Positions 22,168 to 36,802 of a stretch of DNA of 64,000 bases are shown one piece after another. Origin of the DNA: an uncultured Planctomycetota bacterium. Lineage in GTDB: Bacteria > Planctomycetota > Planctomycetia > Isosphaerales > Isosphaeraceae. Within the stretch, counting starts at the first letter, position 1. Each line of letters starts with the position of its first letter. The position numbers and the translations under genes were made by a program. The notes under the pieces are model-generated. The model had not been told where the DNA came from. It saw nothing but the letters and a program-made list of their open reading frames with translations, and did not search any database. The DNA lies in NCBI GenBank assembly GCA_963845755.1, contig CAWJTV010000041.1:192001-256000 (forward strand), written 5' to 3'.

Positions 22168-25100
22168 ATGAGGTCTGGCAAGTCGAGCACCGGAACGGTT
22201 CGCAGTCGCAATGGCAAGTCGTTGCTCCGTCCATCCTCTCAGGTTCGCCGGCGCCGCTCGTGGCTGAACCTGGAATCGCTCGAGGAACGGACTCTGCTTT
22301 CGACTCTCGCGTCCGACGCATCCGCCGCCCTCGCCTTGAACCAGATCGGGGCGACCGCGACCACCGTGGGGCAGCCCTCGGCGAATTCGTCGAACCTGCC
22401 GGGCACCTCCGTCGTTACCACGGTCCCGCAAGGAGCTTCGGACGAGGCGTCGGCCCTGGCTACGTCCGTCCAGGACGCCCACACGATCGCGACGGTCGTC
22501 GACCCGTTGACCACCGACCCTCATAGTTTGTCGTCAACGGGCACCTCCAATGCCCACATCTACACGGGCCAGCCCTCGAATTTCGTGGGGCCCAACCCGA
22601 CGACGCCTCCGACGGGAGGCACGGGATCCACCTCCAACCCGGGCCAGTATAACCCGAACCAGCCATCCCTGGCCGCCCTGGCGGCGATGGCCAAGTCCAT
22701 CGACGCCCAGCCGCAGTACTTACTCATGCCGTCCGATGGGCAGAGGGTGTCCGATTCGGGCGAAGGCCCTGCCGGCGGATATACCCCGCTCCAGATCCAG
22801 GGGGCATACGGCATTAGCGACGGGAACGCGTATAACGACAACATCACATTTGGCGGCATCAAGGGTGACGGCGCGGGCCAGACCATCGCCGTCGTCGATG
22901 CTGGCGACAATCCCGGCTTCGTGAGCACGTCCGATCCCAACTTCGATGCCAGCGCGCTGCACGTCTTCGACCAGGAATTCGGCCTGCCCGATCCGCCTAG
23001 CTTCCAGAAGTACGACGAGTTCGGCAACGTGGGCGGGACGGGGACGGAGGTACCGGGCTGGAGCATCGAGATCGCGCTGGACGTCGAGTGGGCCCACGCC
23101 ATGGCCCCCGGCGCCAATATCATCCTGATGGAGGGGTACAGCTCATCGCTCTCGGACCTGCTGACCGCCAACGTGACGGCGGCCACCCAACTCGGTGCGT
23201 CCGTCATCTCGAATAGCTGGGGTTACCCCCTGGAAGTCGAGGGTGACGGCTCCGAGGAGCCCTTCCTTGACGAGCAGTACCTGGCGCCCGCGTACGCCGC
23301 CAATCCCTACCTGACGATCCTCGCGTCTTCGGGCGATGATGGCTCGTTCGATGCTCCTATCTACCCCTCAGCCTCGCCCCTGGTCGTGAGCGCCGGCGGC
23401 ACCTCTCTGGAGACCAACGGGACCACCTGGACTGGTGAGTTTTCCTGGAACGCTGGCGGCGGTGGCATCAGTTCGATCTATTCCGCACCGGCGTATCAGC
23501 AGGGAGTGACCGGCTTCAGCACGCGGACAAATCCCGACATCTCCTCCGATGCTAATCTCGAGACCGGCGTCTCCGTCTACGACCCCGAATACGGCGGCTG
23601 GGTCCTCGTGGGTGGTACCAGCGTCTCGTCGCCCACCCTGGCAGGCATGATCGGGATCGCCGATCAGGGCCGAGTCCAGTTGGGTGGCCAGCCCCTGAAC
23701 GGCCCCAACCAGACCCTCCCCGGCCTCTATTCGGACATCGACTACAACAATACTTATCACGATATCACGGAAGACTTTAATGGCGAAGGGAACAACGGTT
23801 TTCCCACCGGGCCGGGATACGACCTGGATACCGGCATCGGCTCGCCCCGCGCCAGAATTTGATCCCCTACCTCGCGCTGTTTGATCTGGGCCCCGCGGTC
23901 GTGTCGAGCAACCCGGCGGCCGGCCAGGTGGTCACGGGGGCGACCCCACCGAGTACGTTCTCCCTCACGTTCAGCGAGCCGATCGAGATGAGCTCGATCG
24001 TCGCCAGTGACTTCACCGTCGACGGGATTCCGGCCGATTCGGCCTCACTCAGCGCCGATGGCGAGACGATCACGTACACCTACGACACGTCGCCCATCAC
24101 CCAGCAAGGCCCCGAGACGATGAACCTGCCCGCCGACAGCGTCATCGGCGCCGACGATGGGCAGCCGAACCACGCCGCCTTCACCGCGAATTTCTACTAC
24201 GTCGTCACCCAGCTCCAAGTCACGGCCACCAGCCCTCCGGTGGGATCGGTCCTGACGATCCCGGTGACCGACCTGGTCGTCCAGTTCAACGAGGCGGTGG
24301 ATCCCACCAGCATCAAGACCAGCGACTTCCAGCTCAGCCAGGGCTCGGTCATTGCTGCGGTGCCGCTCACGCCCGAGTCGATCGACTTGACCCTCTCCGG
24401 GGTGACCCAGGACGGCACGCTCACGCTGACCATCCCGGCCGGGGCGTTCCTCGACCAGTTTGGGGTGCCCAGCCTCGGATTCAGCGGCACCTACATCACG
24501 GACATCGTGAAGCAGCCCTATCCGACCCCGCTCCAGGCCGAGAAACCGGCGGGCAGTCTGATCTACGACCCGTCGGTCACCGGCTCCATCGGCTTCGTCG
24601 GCGACACCGACACCTATACGCTGCCCCTCGCCGCCGGGCAGACGCTCTCGCTCGTCATGACGACCGACCCCAACCTGATCGGCACGGTCACCCTGCTCGG
24701 TCCCGACGGGTCGGCGATCGCCAGCGCGACCTCGCCCGCCGCGGGAGCCGACGCGGTGCTCGAGACCGCCCCGATCGCGACCGCGGGGACCTACTCGCTG
24801 GTCGTCGCCGGCTCCGGCGGAACGACCGGGAACTACACCCTCCAGGCGATCCTGAACGCGGCCTACAAGCAGGCCAGCGACACCAACAACTCGATCGCCT
24901 CGGCCTACGACCTGACGAATGCCTTCTCCAGCCTGGGCACGACCACCGACGCCGACCGCGCCGGCGTGCTGGGGACCATCGATCCCGCGGGCGACAGCGA
25001 TTACTACAAGTTCTATCTCAACGCGGGCCAATCCACGACGTTGGCCGCGCAGGGACTCACCGGAGATGTCTCCCTGGGTCTTCTGGATGGAGCCGGTAAT

Positions 25101-28100
25101 GTTCTCGCGCTACCTTCGGGGGCCAGCTATAGTGATGGCATCAACCTGGGTGGAGGTTTCGGCGGCGCCAACGGGATGACCCTCAACGGATTTGCCAATA
25201 TCAGCGGGTCGAATCTCGATTTGCTCGATGGGAACTTCAGCGAGGCGGGCAGCGCCTTTACGAGCAGTGCGCTCAACATCAGCTCGTTCGAGACGAGCTT
25301 CAATTTCCAGGTGCTCGAGACCGCGACCTTCCCTCTGGCCGATGGATTCACGTTCACGATCCAGGGGAATGGTCCGAACGCCCTGGGGAACGGTGGTGGC
25401 GACCTCGGTTACGGGGGGATCGGCAATAGCGTCGCCATCAAGTTCGACTACTACAACAATGCCGGCGAAGGGACCGATTCGACGGGCCTCTTCACGGATG
25501 GTCAGGATCCGTACGTCCCGGCCATCGACCTGACGGGGACCGGCGTGAATCTCAGCAGCGGCGACCCGATGAACGTCACGATGAACTATAGCGGCTCGAC
25601 GCTCAACGTCACCATCACGGATCTGTTCACCTTCGCCTCGGCCTCCCAGTCCTACAGCGTCAACATCCCCTCGATCGTGGGCGGTTCGACCGCATACGTC
25701 GGATTCACCGGCGGCGACGGCGGACTGACCTCCATCCCGGCCATCCTCAACTGGAACTTCACGCCGGCTCAGGCGACGATCGGCACCGCCTCGTTCGAAT
25801 CCATCAACGACTTCGTCGCCCCGACCTCGGGCTGGTATTACGCCGAGGTCGGCGGCAACGTCGGGACCAACTACAGCCTGGTCGTGACCCAGGACGCCGA
25901 CTTCACCCTGCATGGCGGTTCCTTCGACAAGGCCCAGCCGCTCAACGGCGTGGAAACCGTCCTGGGTGCCATCGTCCCCGGCCTGCCAGCCCTTCAATCC
26001 CTCGACGATATTGCGTCCAACCCCTCCAGTATTTACGCGACCGATCCGGAAACTGGCGCCTTCGGCGGATCCATTCCCCGGCCCGTCCCGGGAGGTTTTT
26101 ATTTGTTCGGCCAGAACATGGCCAGTGACGGGACCTTTACCTACTACAACGACGGCTTTGGCGGCACTGGGACGATCTTCAAGCTGGATAACACCGGCGC
26201 CGTGGTCGGCTCCTTTACGCCGCCCAACGGTGATCTCTACTCGGGCCTCGCCTATCTCAACGGTTTGCTGTACGCCGCCAATATCGAAGGCAACAGTATC
26301 GACGTCTTCAACGCTACCACCTTCGCGCCCGTCACGACCCTTCAGACGGGCATCACCGACTCGGACCTCGTCGGCCTGGCCGGTGACCCGGACCTGGGCG
26401 TCCTCTTCGCCGTGGGCCAGAGCAATGTGACCCCCGGTGGGACGGGCGCTCTCTACGAGATCGATCCCGCGACGGGCGCCGTGCTGGGCGAAGCCCCGGA
26501 CAACAATCAGGGTCTGTACGAGCAGGACATGGCCTATGCCGATGGCCTGCTGATCGTCTCCGAGACCAACGGCGGCGTTGGCGCGGGCAACAACTTCCTC
26601 GACGAGTATGATCCCAACACCGGTGACTTCGTTCAGCGGGTGGCCCCGCCCTATGCCGGCGCGGCCTCGGGCCTCGCGGGCGACGGCGTCTCCGGCGGCG
26701 CCGGCGACTGGTACCAGTTCAACGTCAACGCCGGCGACAACCTGGTCCTCACGACGACCACCCCTGGCGACAACAGCGGCAATGGCGACCAGTTCTTCAA
26801 CGGGCTGATGCCCACGATCAACCTCTACGACAGCAACGGCAACCTGGTCGCCACCGCGACCGGCAATGCCGCCGACGGCATCAACGACGTCATCGACTGG
26901 ACGGCCCTCACCTCGGGCAGCTACCGGGTGCAGATCATGGGCTCCAGCGCGACCAACCTGGGCGAGTACACCATCAGCGTCCAGGGCGCCACGGGCGCCG
27001 CTTCCACCTTCCAGGTGACGTCGACCAATCCGGCCGCGGGATCGGATATCGGCTACCAGGTCTCGACCATGAGCGTCACCTTCAACAGCGCCGTCTCGTT
27101 CGCGAGCGCGGTCCCCAGCGACTTCACCATCGATGGCAACACCGCCATCGGTGTGACCCCCGTCAACGGGAACACGGTCAGCTTCACCTTCCCGACGACC
27201 TCCAACGGTATTCACAGCGTGTCGATCAGCGGAGTGGAAGACCTCCAGGGCACGACGATGGTGCCCGACAACTTCACCTTCCAGACCGACGACGTGGCCC
27301 CAGTCGTGGTCTCCAGCTCGATCCCGGACGGGGCGGTGCTCCCGCCGGGCCCACTGACCGAGGTCATCACGTTCAACGAGCCGATCCAGCCCTCATCGGT
27401 CAGCGATTCGGACATCTCGCTCGTCGGGGAGGTCCGGGGGATCTCATACACCCCGTCGTCGTTCAGCTTCGATCCGACCGACACCATCCTGACCATCAAC
27501 TACTCCAGCCTGCCCACCGATGCCTACCAGTTCACGCTCGTGGCGGGCCCGAGCAACTTCCTGAGCGACGCGGGCGTGCCGCTTGCGAGCAACTTCGTGA
27601 TCAACTTCACGATGCCCGCGGGCACCAGCAGCATCACGAACATGCAGCCGGTCCTGCCGCTGGGCAGCCTGGTCTATCAAACCACGATCGACAATCTCCT
27701 CCTGTCCTCGAGCGATGTCGATACCTACGATCTGTCGATCGACCCGCACCAGACCCTTGCGGTGATGGTGACCCCGGTCACCTCGACGATGACGGTAACT
27801 GTCACCCTGATTTCGCCCAAGGGCAACGTGCTCGGCTCGGCGACGTCGTCCAGCCCCGGCGCCCCCGTCATCCTGCCGGCCGTCCAGAGTTCCCAGGGGG
27901 GTACCTACCAGATCGAGGTCTCCGGCGGACCCGGCGAATACAAGGTCACGCCCACGCTCAATGCCCTGATCGACACGGCGGCGTATGGGGGCCCGACCCA
28001 CGGCTCGATCGCGACGGCCCTGCCCATCGACCCCTACGCCAACAAGGTCGCCGGCAACGACGAAGAGATGGCGGTCCTGGGGGCACTTGCCGGATCGCCC

Positions 28101-31100
28101 GCGAGCTTCGGCGATGCTCTCGTGGCCGAGGGAACCGACGTGCTGCTGATCGACAAGGCCACGGGCGCGGTCCTGGAGACCTACACGAGTCCCGCGTTTT
28201 CGGGCCTCATCCTCTTCGATGTGGCACTCGCCCCGGACAACACCTTCTTCGTGCTCGGCGATGAGAATAGTTATACGGGCGTCATCGTGCACATGAATCT
28301 CGCGGGCCAGACCCTGGGCACGATCGTGTCCCCGGTGACGGATAGCCCTGGCTTCCTGTCGCCCGAAGGCTTCGGCCTCGATCCCCGCGACGGGAGCTTC
28401 TGGATCCCGCTCCCCAACATGCGCCACATTGCTCCACCTCAGCCCGTCCGGCAGCTTACTGAATGAGTACGCGGTCGCCAGCAATCCGGACGATGCCGCC
28501 GTCGGGCCGGACGGGAATATCTACATCAGCCAGGTGTTCTCCGGGCAGATCGATCAGTTCAATCCCACGACCGGCGTCAACTCGTTCTTCGCCTCCTCAC
28601 CCTTCCCCTTGGGCCTCACCTGGAGCGTTTCGGGCGAGCTCTGGGTCGGCGACATTGACGCGGGGGTCGAAGCCTTCAACAGCTCCGGAGTCCTCGTCCA
28701 ATCGATCTTCAATCCGGGGGACAGTGCCGCCGAGCCGGCCCTCTCGGGCAACATCTGGGACGCGAACATTTCCAGCGACCTCGTGAACCAGTACACCTCG
28801 TCCGGCTCGATCCTGACCCAGACGTCGTTCTCGCCGGAACAGCCCGGCCTGGCGGTCCTGGGCGACGTCCCGGGCGAGGCGCCCTGGTACCGCCCTCGAC
28901 CCCGTATTATTCCTTCCAGCTCGGGCAGGGCCAGAGCGCCACGATCGTCGTCAACAGCCTCAACGGCAAGAATGTGTCGTTCTCCCTCTATGATGATGAG
29001 GGCGACCTGCTGGGCGTGAGCAGCCCCGGCGCGACCAACTACACCGCCGGGCTCAACAACTTCGTCGCCCCGTCGGACGGCACCTATTACATCCAGGTCT
29101 CGGGCGACACCGGGGTCCAGTTCAACCTGGCCGTGACCACGGGCGCCGACTTCACGACCCAGCCGCACAATACGATCACGACCGCCCAGGACATCACCGC
29201 GACCCAGCAGTCGGGCGACAACAAGCTCGGTGGGGCGGTGGGTTATATCCAGAACCCCAGTGGTCCCCAGGTCGGGACCAACTTCGAGGGCCTGAGCTTC
29301 GACGATTCGCCGTGCGGCTGCCTGCCCCCCAACGACATCATCGCGGCCGGGCCGACCCAGGTCATGGATGCGGTCAACACGGTCTTCCGGGTCACCGACA
29401 AGGCCGGCAACGTGCTCTTCCAGGAGAACTTCTCCGATTTCTGGGCCCCCCTGGGCATCACGACCAGCAGCTTCATCTCCGACCCCTATGTCGTCTATGA
29501 CCCACTCGCCGGGCGGTTCTACGTCACGATGCTCGGCGGTACGGACAGCACGCACCTCGACATGCTGTTTGCGGTCTCGAACGACAGCAATGCCACGGAC
29601 GGCTTCTCGCTCATGGAGCGGTTCCACTACGACATCACCGACGACGACGATCTCGACTTCCCCAAGGTCGGGTTCAACTACGATACGGTGATGCTGGAAG
29701 CCAATGACTTCGTGGACGGGAGTAACCCCGAATTCACGGTCTTCGCCGCGATTGACAAGGCCCAGCTCCTCCAGGGCAACATCGTCTCCTATCAGTATGA
29801 GCTGCCGGGCTATCCGCAGAACTTCCGTGCCACGGTACCCGCCCAGATGGACGATGCCACGCCGGGCGAACCGATGTACTTCATCCAGGAGGACGGTTAC
29901 GATAACGGCCAGGCGGCCGAGGTCGTCACACTGACCGATGCCCTGAGCAATACCCCCAACTGGGTCGATACGGTCATCCCGGTGGATCCGTATGGCGAGA
30001 CGACCTTTTCCGACCAGCCCGGCGCGCCGGGTTCGGTGCAATCGATCGACACCACGTTCTCCCGGGCCCAGGTCCTCAATGGAATGCTGGTCGCCACGCA
30101 GACGGTCACCACGCCCGCCGACGGATTCACGACGGACAAGGTTCGGTGGTACGAGATCGCGGTGCCGGATGGGGGGACCCCCTCCCTGGTGCAGCAGGGC
30201 ACGATCGACCCGGGCCCCGGCATCGCCACGTACAACGGCCAGATCGCCATCAACGCCGACGGTGCCCTGGGCGTGAGCTACATGCAGTCGTCGATCAATC
30301 AGTTCGTCTCTATGTATGTCACGGGCCAGGTGCCCGGTGCGCCGCTGGGAACCATGGCACCCGGAGTTTTGGTCCAGGCGGGCAGCCTTTCCCAGCCGGA
30401 GAGCTTCCGGACCGGGGATTACAGCGGCATCGCGCTCGACCCTTCCGACGATCTGACGTTCTGGGCGATCAATCAGTACTACGGCCCCGATATCAACAAC
30501 ATCTGGAATACCTGGGTGGCCTCGTTCCAGGTTCAGCAGAGCATTGGAACGGACTACTATTCCGTCAATGCCAACGCCGGCGACAACCTGTCCTTCAGCA
30601 CCACGACCCCGGCCGGCGGCCCCAACGAGTTCGTGAACAACCTCTATCCCGAGCTCTTGCTCTACGATCCGAATGGCAATCTGGTCGCGGTCGCCGCCGG
30701 CAACGCCAGCGACGGCAGGAACTCGATCATCCAGTTCACGGTGCCCGATGGAGACGCCGGCCAGTGGACGATCGAAGTCACCCCGTCGCCCAACACGCCG
30801 CTTCCGACCCAGGGCGAGTACGGCCTGCTGGTCACCGGCGCGACGGGTGCCCTGTCCCCCTTCGACGTGACGAGCACCACGCCCGCTCCTGGTGCGCTGG
30901 TCCAGCCGCCATCGACCATCACGGTCTCCTTCAATGAGCCGGTCAACCTGTCCACGCTGACCCCGGGTGAACTGGAGGTGAACGGCGTCGCGGCCACGGC
31001 GGTCACCGACGTCAACGGCAACACGGTGGCCTGGACGATCCCGTCGAGCGCCTATGGCACGGGTGTCGACCTCCCCAACGTGGTGACGATCGGTGCCGAT

Positions 31101-34100
31101 GCCGATGGCAACCAGATCATGGACGTGAGCGGCCAGACCCTCACGCCTTACAGCTACACGTTCTTCACCACCAACGTGCCGCCCGTCATCATCAGCTCGT
31201 CGATCGACGGCCAGGTCTTCTCACCGGCCCCGGCGGACGTGACCGAGGTGGTCACGTTCAACCAGCCGATGGATACGTCGTTCACGACGGCGTCAAGCTT
31301 CGAGCTGCAGGGCAACTATCGCAACGTGCAATACGCGGCGGCCTCGTTTAGCTGGGATCCGACGGGCACCATCTTGACGATCAATTACGACAATCTGCCC
31401 GACGACACCTACACGCTGACCTTGTTCGCCGGCGGCTTCGAGAACACCGTCGGCATCCCGCTCGCGAGCAATTACACGGCCAACTTCGCCGTGGCACTGG
31501 GCTCGGCGGCCTTCGGAGGGACCTTCAAGCCGGTCGCGCCGGCGGGCTCCCTGATCTACACGGGCACCGATAGTCACGTGCTGGTCACCCCGACCGACGT
31601 CGATTACCTGACCGTCAGCCTCAATGCCGGCGAGACGCTGACCCTGATCGGAACGCCGACGACATCCAGCCTCCAGCTCGCGATCACGGTGTTGGATCCC
31701 AGCAATAACGTGATCGCTACGGCGACGGCTCCGGCCCAGGGCGCCAATGCCGTCATCGAGACCGCGCCGGTCACGACGACCGGGACCTACACGATCGCGA
31801 TCAGCGATGCCAACGGCAACCTGGGCCTGTACTCGATCCAGGCCTACCTCAACAGCTACGTCAAGCAAGGCACGTCGAACGACACGATCGCCACGGCCCA
31901 GGACATTTCCGGCAGCTCCTACTTGCTCGGCTCTGGCGATGCCGATCGGCTGGGCGTGGTGGGTAGCCTGCCGTCCAATGTACTCAACGTGGGCGATGTC
32001 TACGTCTCGTCCCGATTCTATGGCTTCTATTTCTCGGCCCCGTCGATCTCGGATATTCTCCGGATCAATAACACGGGCCAGATCGTGCAGGTCATCCCGA
32101 TTTCGTTCGACCCGTACCTCTCTCTCTCCGGTGTGGAGCTGGATCCGGCCAACAACATGCTGTATGCCGCCGTGACGACGAGCTTCAACAGTGGCTCGGT
32201 CGACGGCGAGCTGCTCGAGTTCAACCCGGCGACCGGCCAGCAGGTGGCGACCATCACGCTGCCGACCGATAACGCAAACGACGGCTGGTACTACCCGTAC
32301 GGGTTCAGCATCGCCTCCGACGGCACGTTCTGGCTCTCGCAGCCGAATAGCCAGAACATCATCCACCTGGATTCGAGCTACAACGAGATCGCCAGCTACT
32401 CGACGGCGGGTATGGTGCCCGAGAGCGCCTCGATCGGCACCGACGGCAACGTGTACTTCACCGGCTTCGATGGTCCGAACGGCACTGGCATCTACCAGCT
32501 CAACACGACGACCGGCGCGGTGAACTACTTCGCATTCTCCCCCGCGGCCAACATCACCACGACAGCTCCCGGAGGCAGCGGCATCTGGAGCGGCGATACC
32601 GACTACGCGGCCCTCCGCTACGACTACAATGGTAACTTCCAGCAGCAAATCGGTTACTTCGGGACGAACCAGGCCCAGACCGATGAGGCTGGCGATATCT
32701 GGACCACGAACACTTCCTCTTATGCTCTGTACCAATCGGATCAGTTCAACGACGAATTGACGGGGACGTTCGTGCCGTTGCCGATCGGCCTGTCCATCTG
32801 GGGTGTGGACAACCCGAACGCGCCGACGCCGGACACGCAGGATTACTATTCGTTCAGCCTTGCCCAGGGCCAGGACGCAACGATCGTCGCCAAGAGCCTC
32901 AATGGCGACAACGTGCACATCACGCTGGTCGACGGCAATGGCGACGTCCTGGCCACCGGGGTGGGCGGATCGACCAACGTCAGCGAGTCGATCGCGAACT
33001 TCGTCGCCGCCTCGGACGGCACGTACTACGTCGAGATCACCGGTGACCCGGGCGTCCAGTACAGCCTGGTGGTGACGCGGGGCGCGACGTTCACGATCCA
33101 GCCCCACAACTCCATCTCCACGGCGGAGAGCGTCACCGGCACGAGTGGGGTCCTGGGCGACCTCGCTACGCCCAGCGCGCCTCTCTACACCCTGGATGAC
33201 CAGCAGGGGGACTTCGGCAATCCCGAGAACCCGATCTGGGCGACCGATCCGACCACCGGAGCTTTTATCGGCAGTCCGATCTTTGCCCCGGGGAACCCGC
33301 TCAACAATCCGTTCGGCCTGAACCTGGCGTTCGACGGGACGTATCTCTATTACAATAACGGTGACACTCTCGGCGACAACACGATCTACAAGATCGATCC
33401 GACGACCGGGAACGTCATCAGCTCGGGCATTCCCGCGGGAGTTCCGTTACTGGGTGGCCTGGCCTATTTCGACGGCGAACTCTACGGAATCGCGGCCTTC
33501 AATCCCAATCTCTACGTCATCGATCCCAGCACGTTCCAGCTCGTCAACACGATCCCGACCGGTCTGGGTACCGAGATCGTGACCGAAGGCCTGGCGGGTG
33601 ATCCCGACCGCGGCGTCCTCTGGGCCGTGTCTCAGGGAGATATCGAGCCCGGTTCCATTTACGAGATCGATCCGACGACCGGTGCCGTGATCGCCTCGGC
33701 ACCGGATAACAGTCAGGGCGCCTACGAGCAGGACATCGCCTATGCGAATGGCCAGTTGATCGTCTCCGATACCCTCGGATTCGGGGCCGGGGAAAACTTC
33801 CTCGATTACTATGACCCGAACACGCTGGCCTTCATCCAGCGCCTGCCGGTGAACACCGAGGGATACGTCTCCGGCCTCGGCGGCGACGGCCTGGGTGGCG
33901 CGCCCCCGGACGACTGGTACTCGGTCAACGTCCAGGCGGGCAATTCGCTGTACCTGCAAAGTTCCACGCCGTCGGATCAGGGCGGCGAGTTCCCCAACAC
34001 CGCGTCGCTGGAGATCGAGCTCTTCGACACGTATGGCAACCTGGTTGCCACGGGCACCAAGCTCGCCGATGGCCGCAACGAGGCCCTCTTCTTCAATGCA

Positions 34101-36747
34101 CCGGTCTCCGGACAGTACTATATCGAGGTCAGCGAGGATCCGGGTGGGGCCGGCGAGTACTTCCTCCAGGTCAATACCGCGTCCTACCCGTCGGGCGGCG
34201 TCTCCGGCGAGGTCTACAACGACCTGAATGGGAGCGGCACCTTCGTCCCCGGCGACCCTGGCTTGACGGGCTGGGAGGTTGACCTGTATGACTCCAATAA
34301 CAACTTCATCGCCTCGCAGTTGACCGACGCCAACGGAGATTTCGACTTCCAGGGCCTCGAACCGGGTACCTACACGGTCGTCGAGGACGTCCAACCCGGC
34401 TGGACCCAGACGGCCCCGCCGTCGATCACGTTCACCGTCGCCGTGACCGCCGGCTCGACCGTGACGGGCCTCCAGTTCGGCAACTTCCAGAACATCACCA
34501 TCAGCGGTCAGGCGTTCGACGACCTCAATGGCAATGGGACCGAGGATCCGGGCGAGCCGGGCCTGCCGGGCTGGACCATCGACCTGCTCGATTCTTCGGG
34601 AACTGTGATCGCCACGACCACGACCGACGCCAGCGGCGATTACAGCTTCCCGGACCTTGGGCCCGGCACTTACACCGTGCAGGAAGAGCTCCAGCCCGGC
34701 TGGACCCAGACGGCTCCCCCGCCGCCGGGCACCTACACGGTCGCCGCGACCAGCGGTCAGGACGCCACCGGGCTGCTCTTCGGCAACTACCAGCTCGTAA
34801 CCTACTCGGGCACGGTCTACAACGACCTCAATGGCAACGGCACCCTCGATCCGGGCGATCCCGGCTTGCAGGGCTGGACGGTCGAGCTGATCGAGAACGG
34901 CAGCATCGTCGCGACGACCACCAGCGCCGCCGATGGAAGTTATTCGTTCTCGAATCTCACCTTCGGCGTCTACACGATCGAGGAGATCACCCAGGCCGGC
35001 TGGTATCAGACCGAACCTCAGCAACCCTTCTCCTACACGGTCACCGCGACCAGCGGTGCGAGCCAGTCGGGGCTGAACTTCGGCAACTTCCAGCTCGTGG
35101 ACGTCTCCGGCGAGGTCTACAACGACCTGAATGAGAACGGCAACCTCGATCCGGGCGAACCGGGCCTGCAAGGCTGGACGGTCAACCTCTTCAATTCGTC
35201 GGGCAACATGGTGGCCACGACCACCAGCGACGCCAACGGGAACTACGAATTCGACAACCTGTTCCCCGGCTCGTTCACGATCTCCGAAGTCCTGATGTCG
35301 GGCTGGACTCAGACCCAGCCGGTGAATCCCGACTTCTACTCGTTCACCACCCAGAGCGGTTTGGACGAGACCGGGCTGAACTTCGGCAACGTCATGCCGG
35401 CAAGCTTCAGCGGCATCGTCTACAACGACCTCAAGGGAACCGGTATCCCCGCGCCCAACGATCCCCTCCTGGCAAACTGGACGATCGACCTGTTCAATCA
35501 GGGGGGCGGCCTGGTCGCCACCACCACGAGCAACGCCCGTGGCCAGTATTCCTTCACCGGCGTGAGTACCGGGACCTACACGATCGAGGAGGTCGTCCAG
35601 CCCGGCTGGGTGATCACCGAACCGACCAACCCTCCGGGGACCTACACCGTCACGGCGACCAGTGGTATCGATCAGAAGGGCTTCAACTTCGGTAACTTCC
35701 ACCTGGCTACCGTCAACGGGAGCGTGTACAACGATCAGGACGGTAATGGCCTTCGCGGTGCGGGCGAGCCGGGCCTGGCTGGTTGGACCGTGGATCTGGA
35801 GGATTCGAGTGGCAACGTGCTGGCATCGGTGCTCACCGACAGTAACGGCAACTACTCGTTCACCGGCGTGGGGGGTGGGACCTACGAGGTCGCGCAGGTT
35901 GTCCAGCCCAACTGGGTTCAGACGCAGCCGTCTTATCCGACCGTTTACACGTTCACCAGCCAGAGCGGCTCGACTCTGAACGCACTCGTCTTCGGCGACC
36001 ATGCTTCGCCGGCCTTGAATCCTGTGGCCGTCATCAGCAACGGCCAGCCCGGCTATGCGGAGACCGGGAGCTGGAGCACGGTCCTGGGAGGTTACAATGG
36101 CACAAACCGGGTCGCCTCGACCACCACCGGTAGCGTGCCCACGGCCACGGCCACGTGGACCTTCAGCGGTCTGCCCGTCGGCTCCTATCTTGTCTACGTC
36201 ACGTACGCGGGGAAGGGTAATTACTCGACGGCGGCTCCCTTCACCGCCTATGACGGCGGCACCTCCCTGGGCACGGTCGAACATCAACGAGTCGATCCTG
36301 GTGACCCAGAGCCAGGGAGGACTGGACCAGGGGAGCTACGGCGGGGTTGGATGGCTGCAACTGGGGTCGTACTCGATCAATAGCGGCAATCTCGACGTCA
36401 TGTTGAGCAATAAAGCCAGCGGCCACTTCGTGGACGCGAACGGCATCCTCATCGTTCCCCAGGGGGCGGGGGTCGTGAAGAGCCCGATCTCCGTCCCAAT
36501 CACCAGCGTCCCGCTCGGCCTGACCGTCACTCCGACGGTCGGTGCGACAACCCAGTCCAAGACGCCATCGACAACCGCGAGTGCCACGCCGGCGACGGTC
36601 GTGATCAACGGCGTCTCCGCGCCGAGTGCCGTTCGCGTGGTCTACAACCAAGGCACCCCGGCGAGCGCCACCACGACGCCCGCCAGCCTGATCGACGTGG
36701 CCCTGAGCCAGCTCGATAAGGCCAGCGCGAAGAAGCTCCCTGCGTGA
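22168..36747 (+). CDS. Giant secreted protein (~4,860 aa): LEPR-XLL-type N-terminus, S53 sedolisin protease, Ig-like and PPC-like repeats, L-type lectin-like domain, beta-propellers, 6 SdrD-B-like repeats, golvesin-like C-terminal domain; about 4 apparent frameshifts
   Basis: RRRRSWLNLESLEERTLLS; EIALDVEWAHAMAPGA, SNSWG, SSGDDG, GGTSVSSP, GYDLDTGIGSP; ADGFTFTIQ/AYVGFTGG lectin motifs; SGxVYNDLNGNG..DPGEPGLxGW repeats; ORFs 22111, 23859, 28429, 28974 and 36055 join. Confidence 0.85.
34195..36000 (+). repeat. Six ~100-aa SdrD B/Cna-B-like domain repeats
   Basis: Recurring G.VYNDL.G.G....GEPGL.GWTV.L......TT.DA.G.Y.F....PGTYT..E....GW.QT.P...FGN. Confidence 0.85.
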
Positions 36748-36764
36748 CAGTCAGTGACCGTTAC

Positions 36765-36802
36765 CGGGGGTACCATTTTTTCCGCGAGGAGGGTACCCCC
36801 CG
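36765..36802 (+). terminator. Stem-loop after the giant protease gene
   Basis: cgggggtacc...ggtacccccc g inverted repeat just past the stop; no 3' U-tract. Confidence 0.35.

Noticed and set aside
25110..36287. Long antisense ORFs (e.g. 701, 604, 946 aa) opposite the giant gene; similar ones opposite rho and the acyl-CoA ligase
   Set aside because: Shadow ORFs expected from high-GC codon bias; no recognisable motifs
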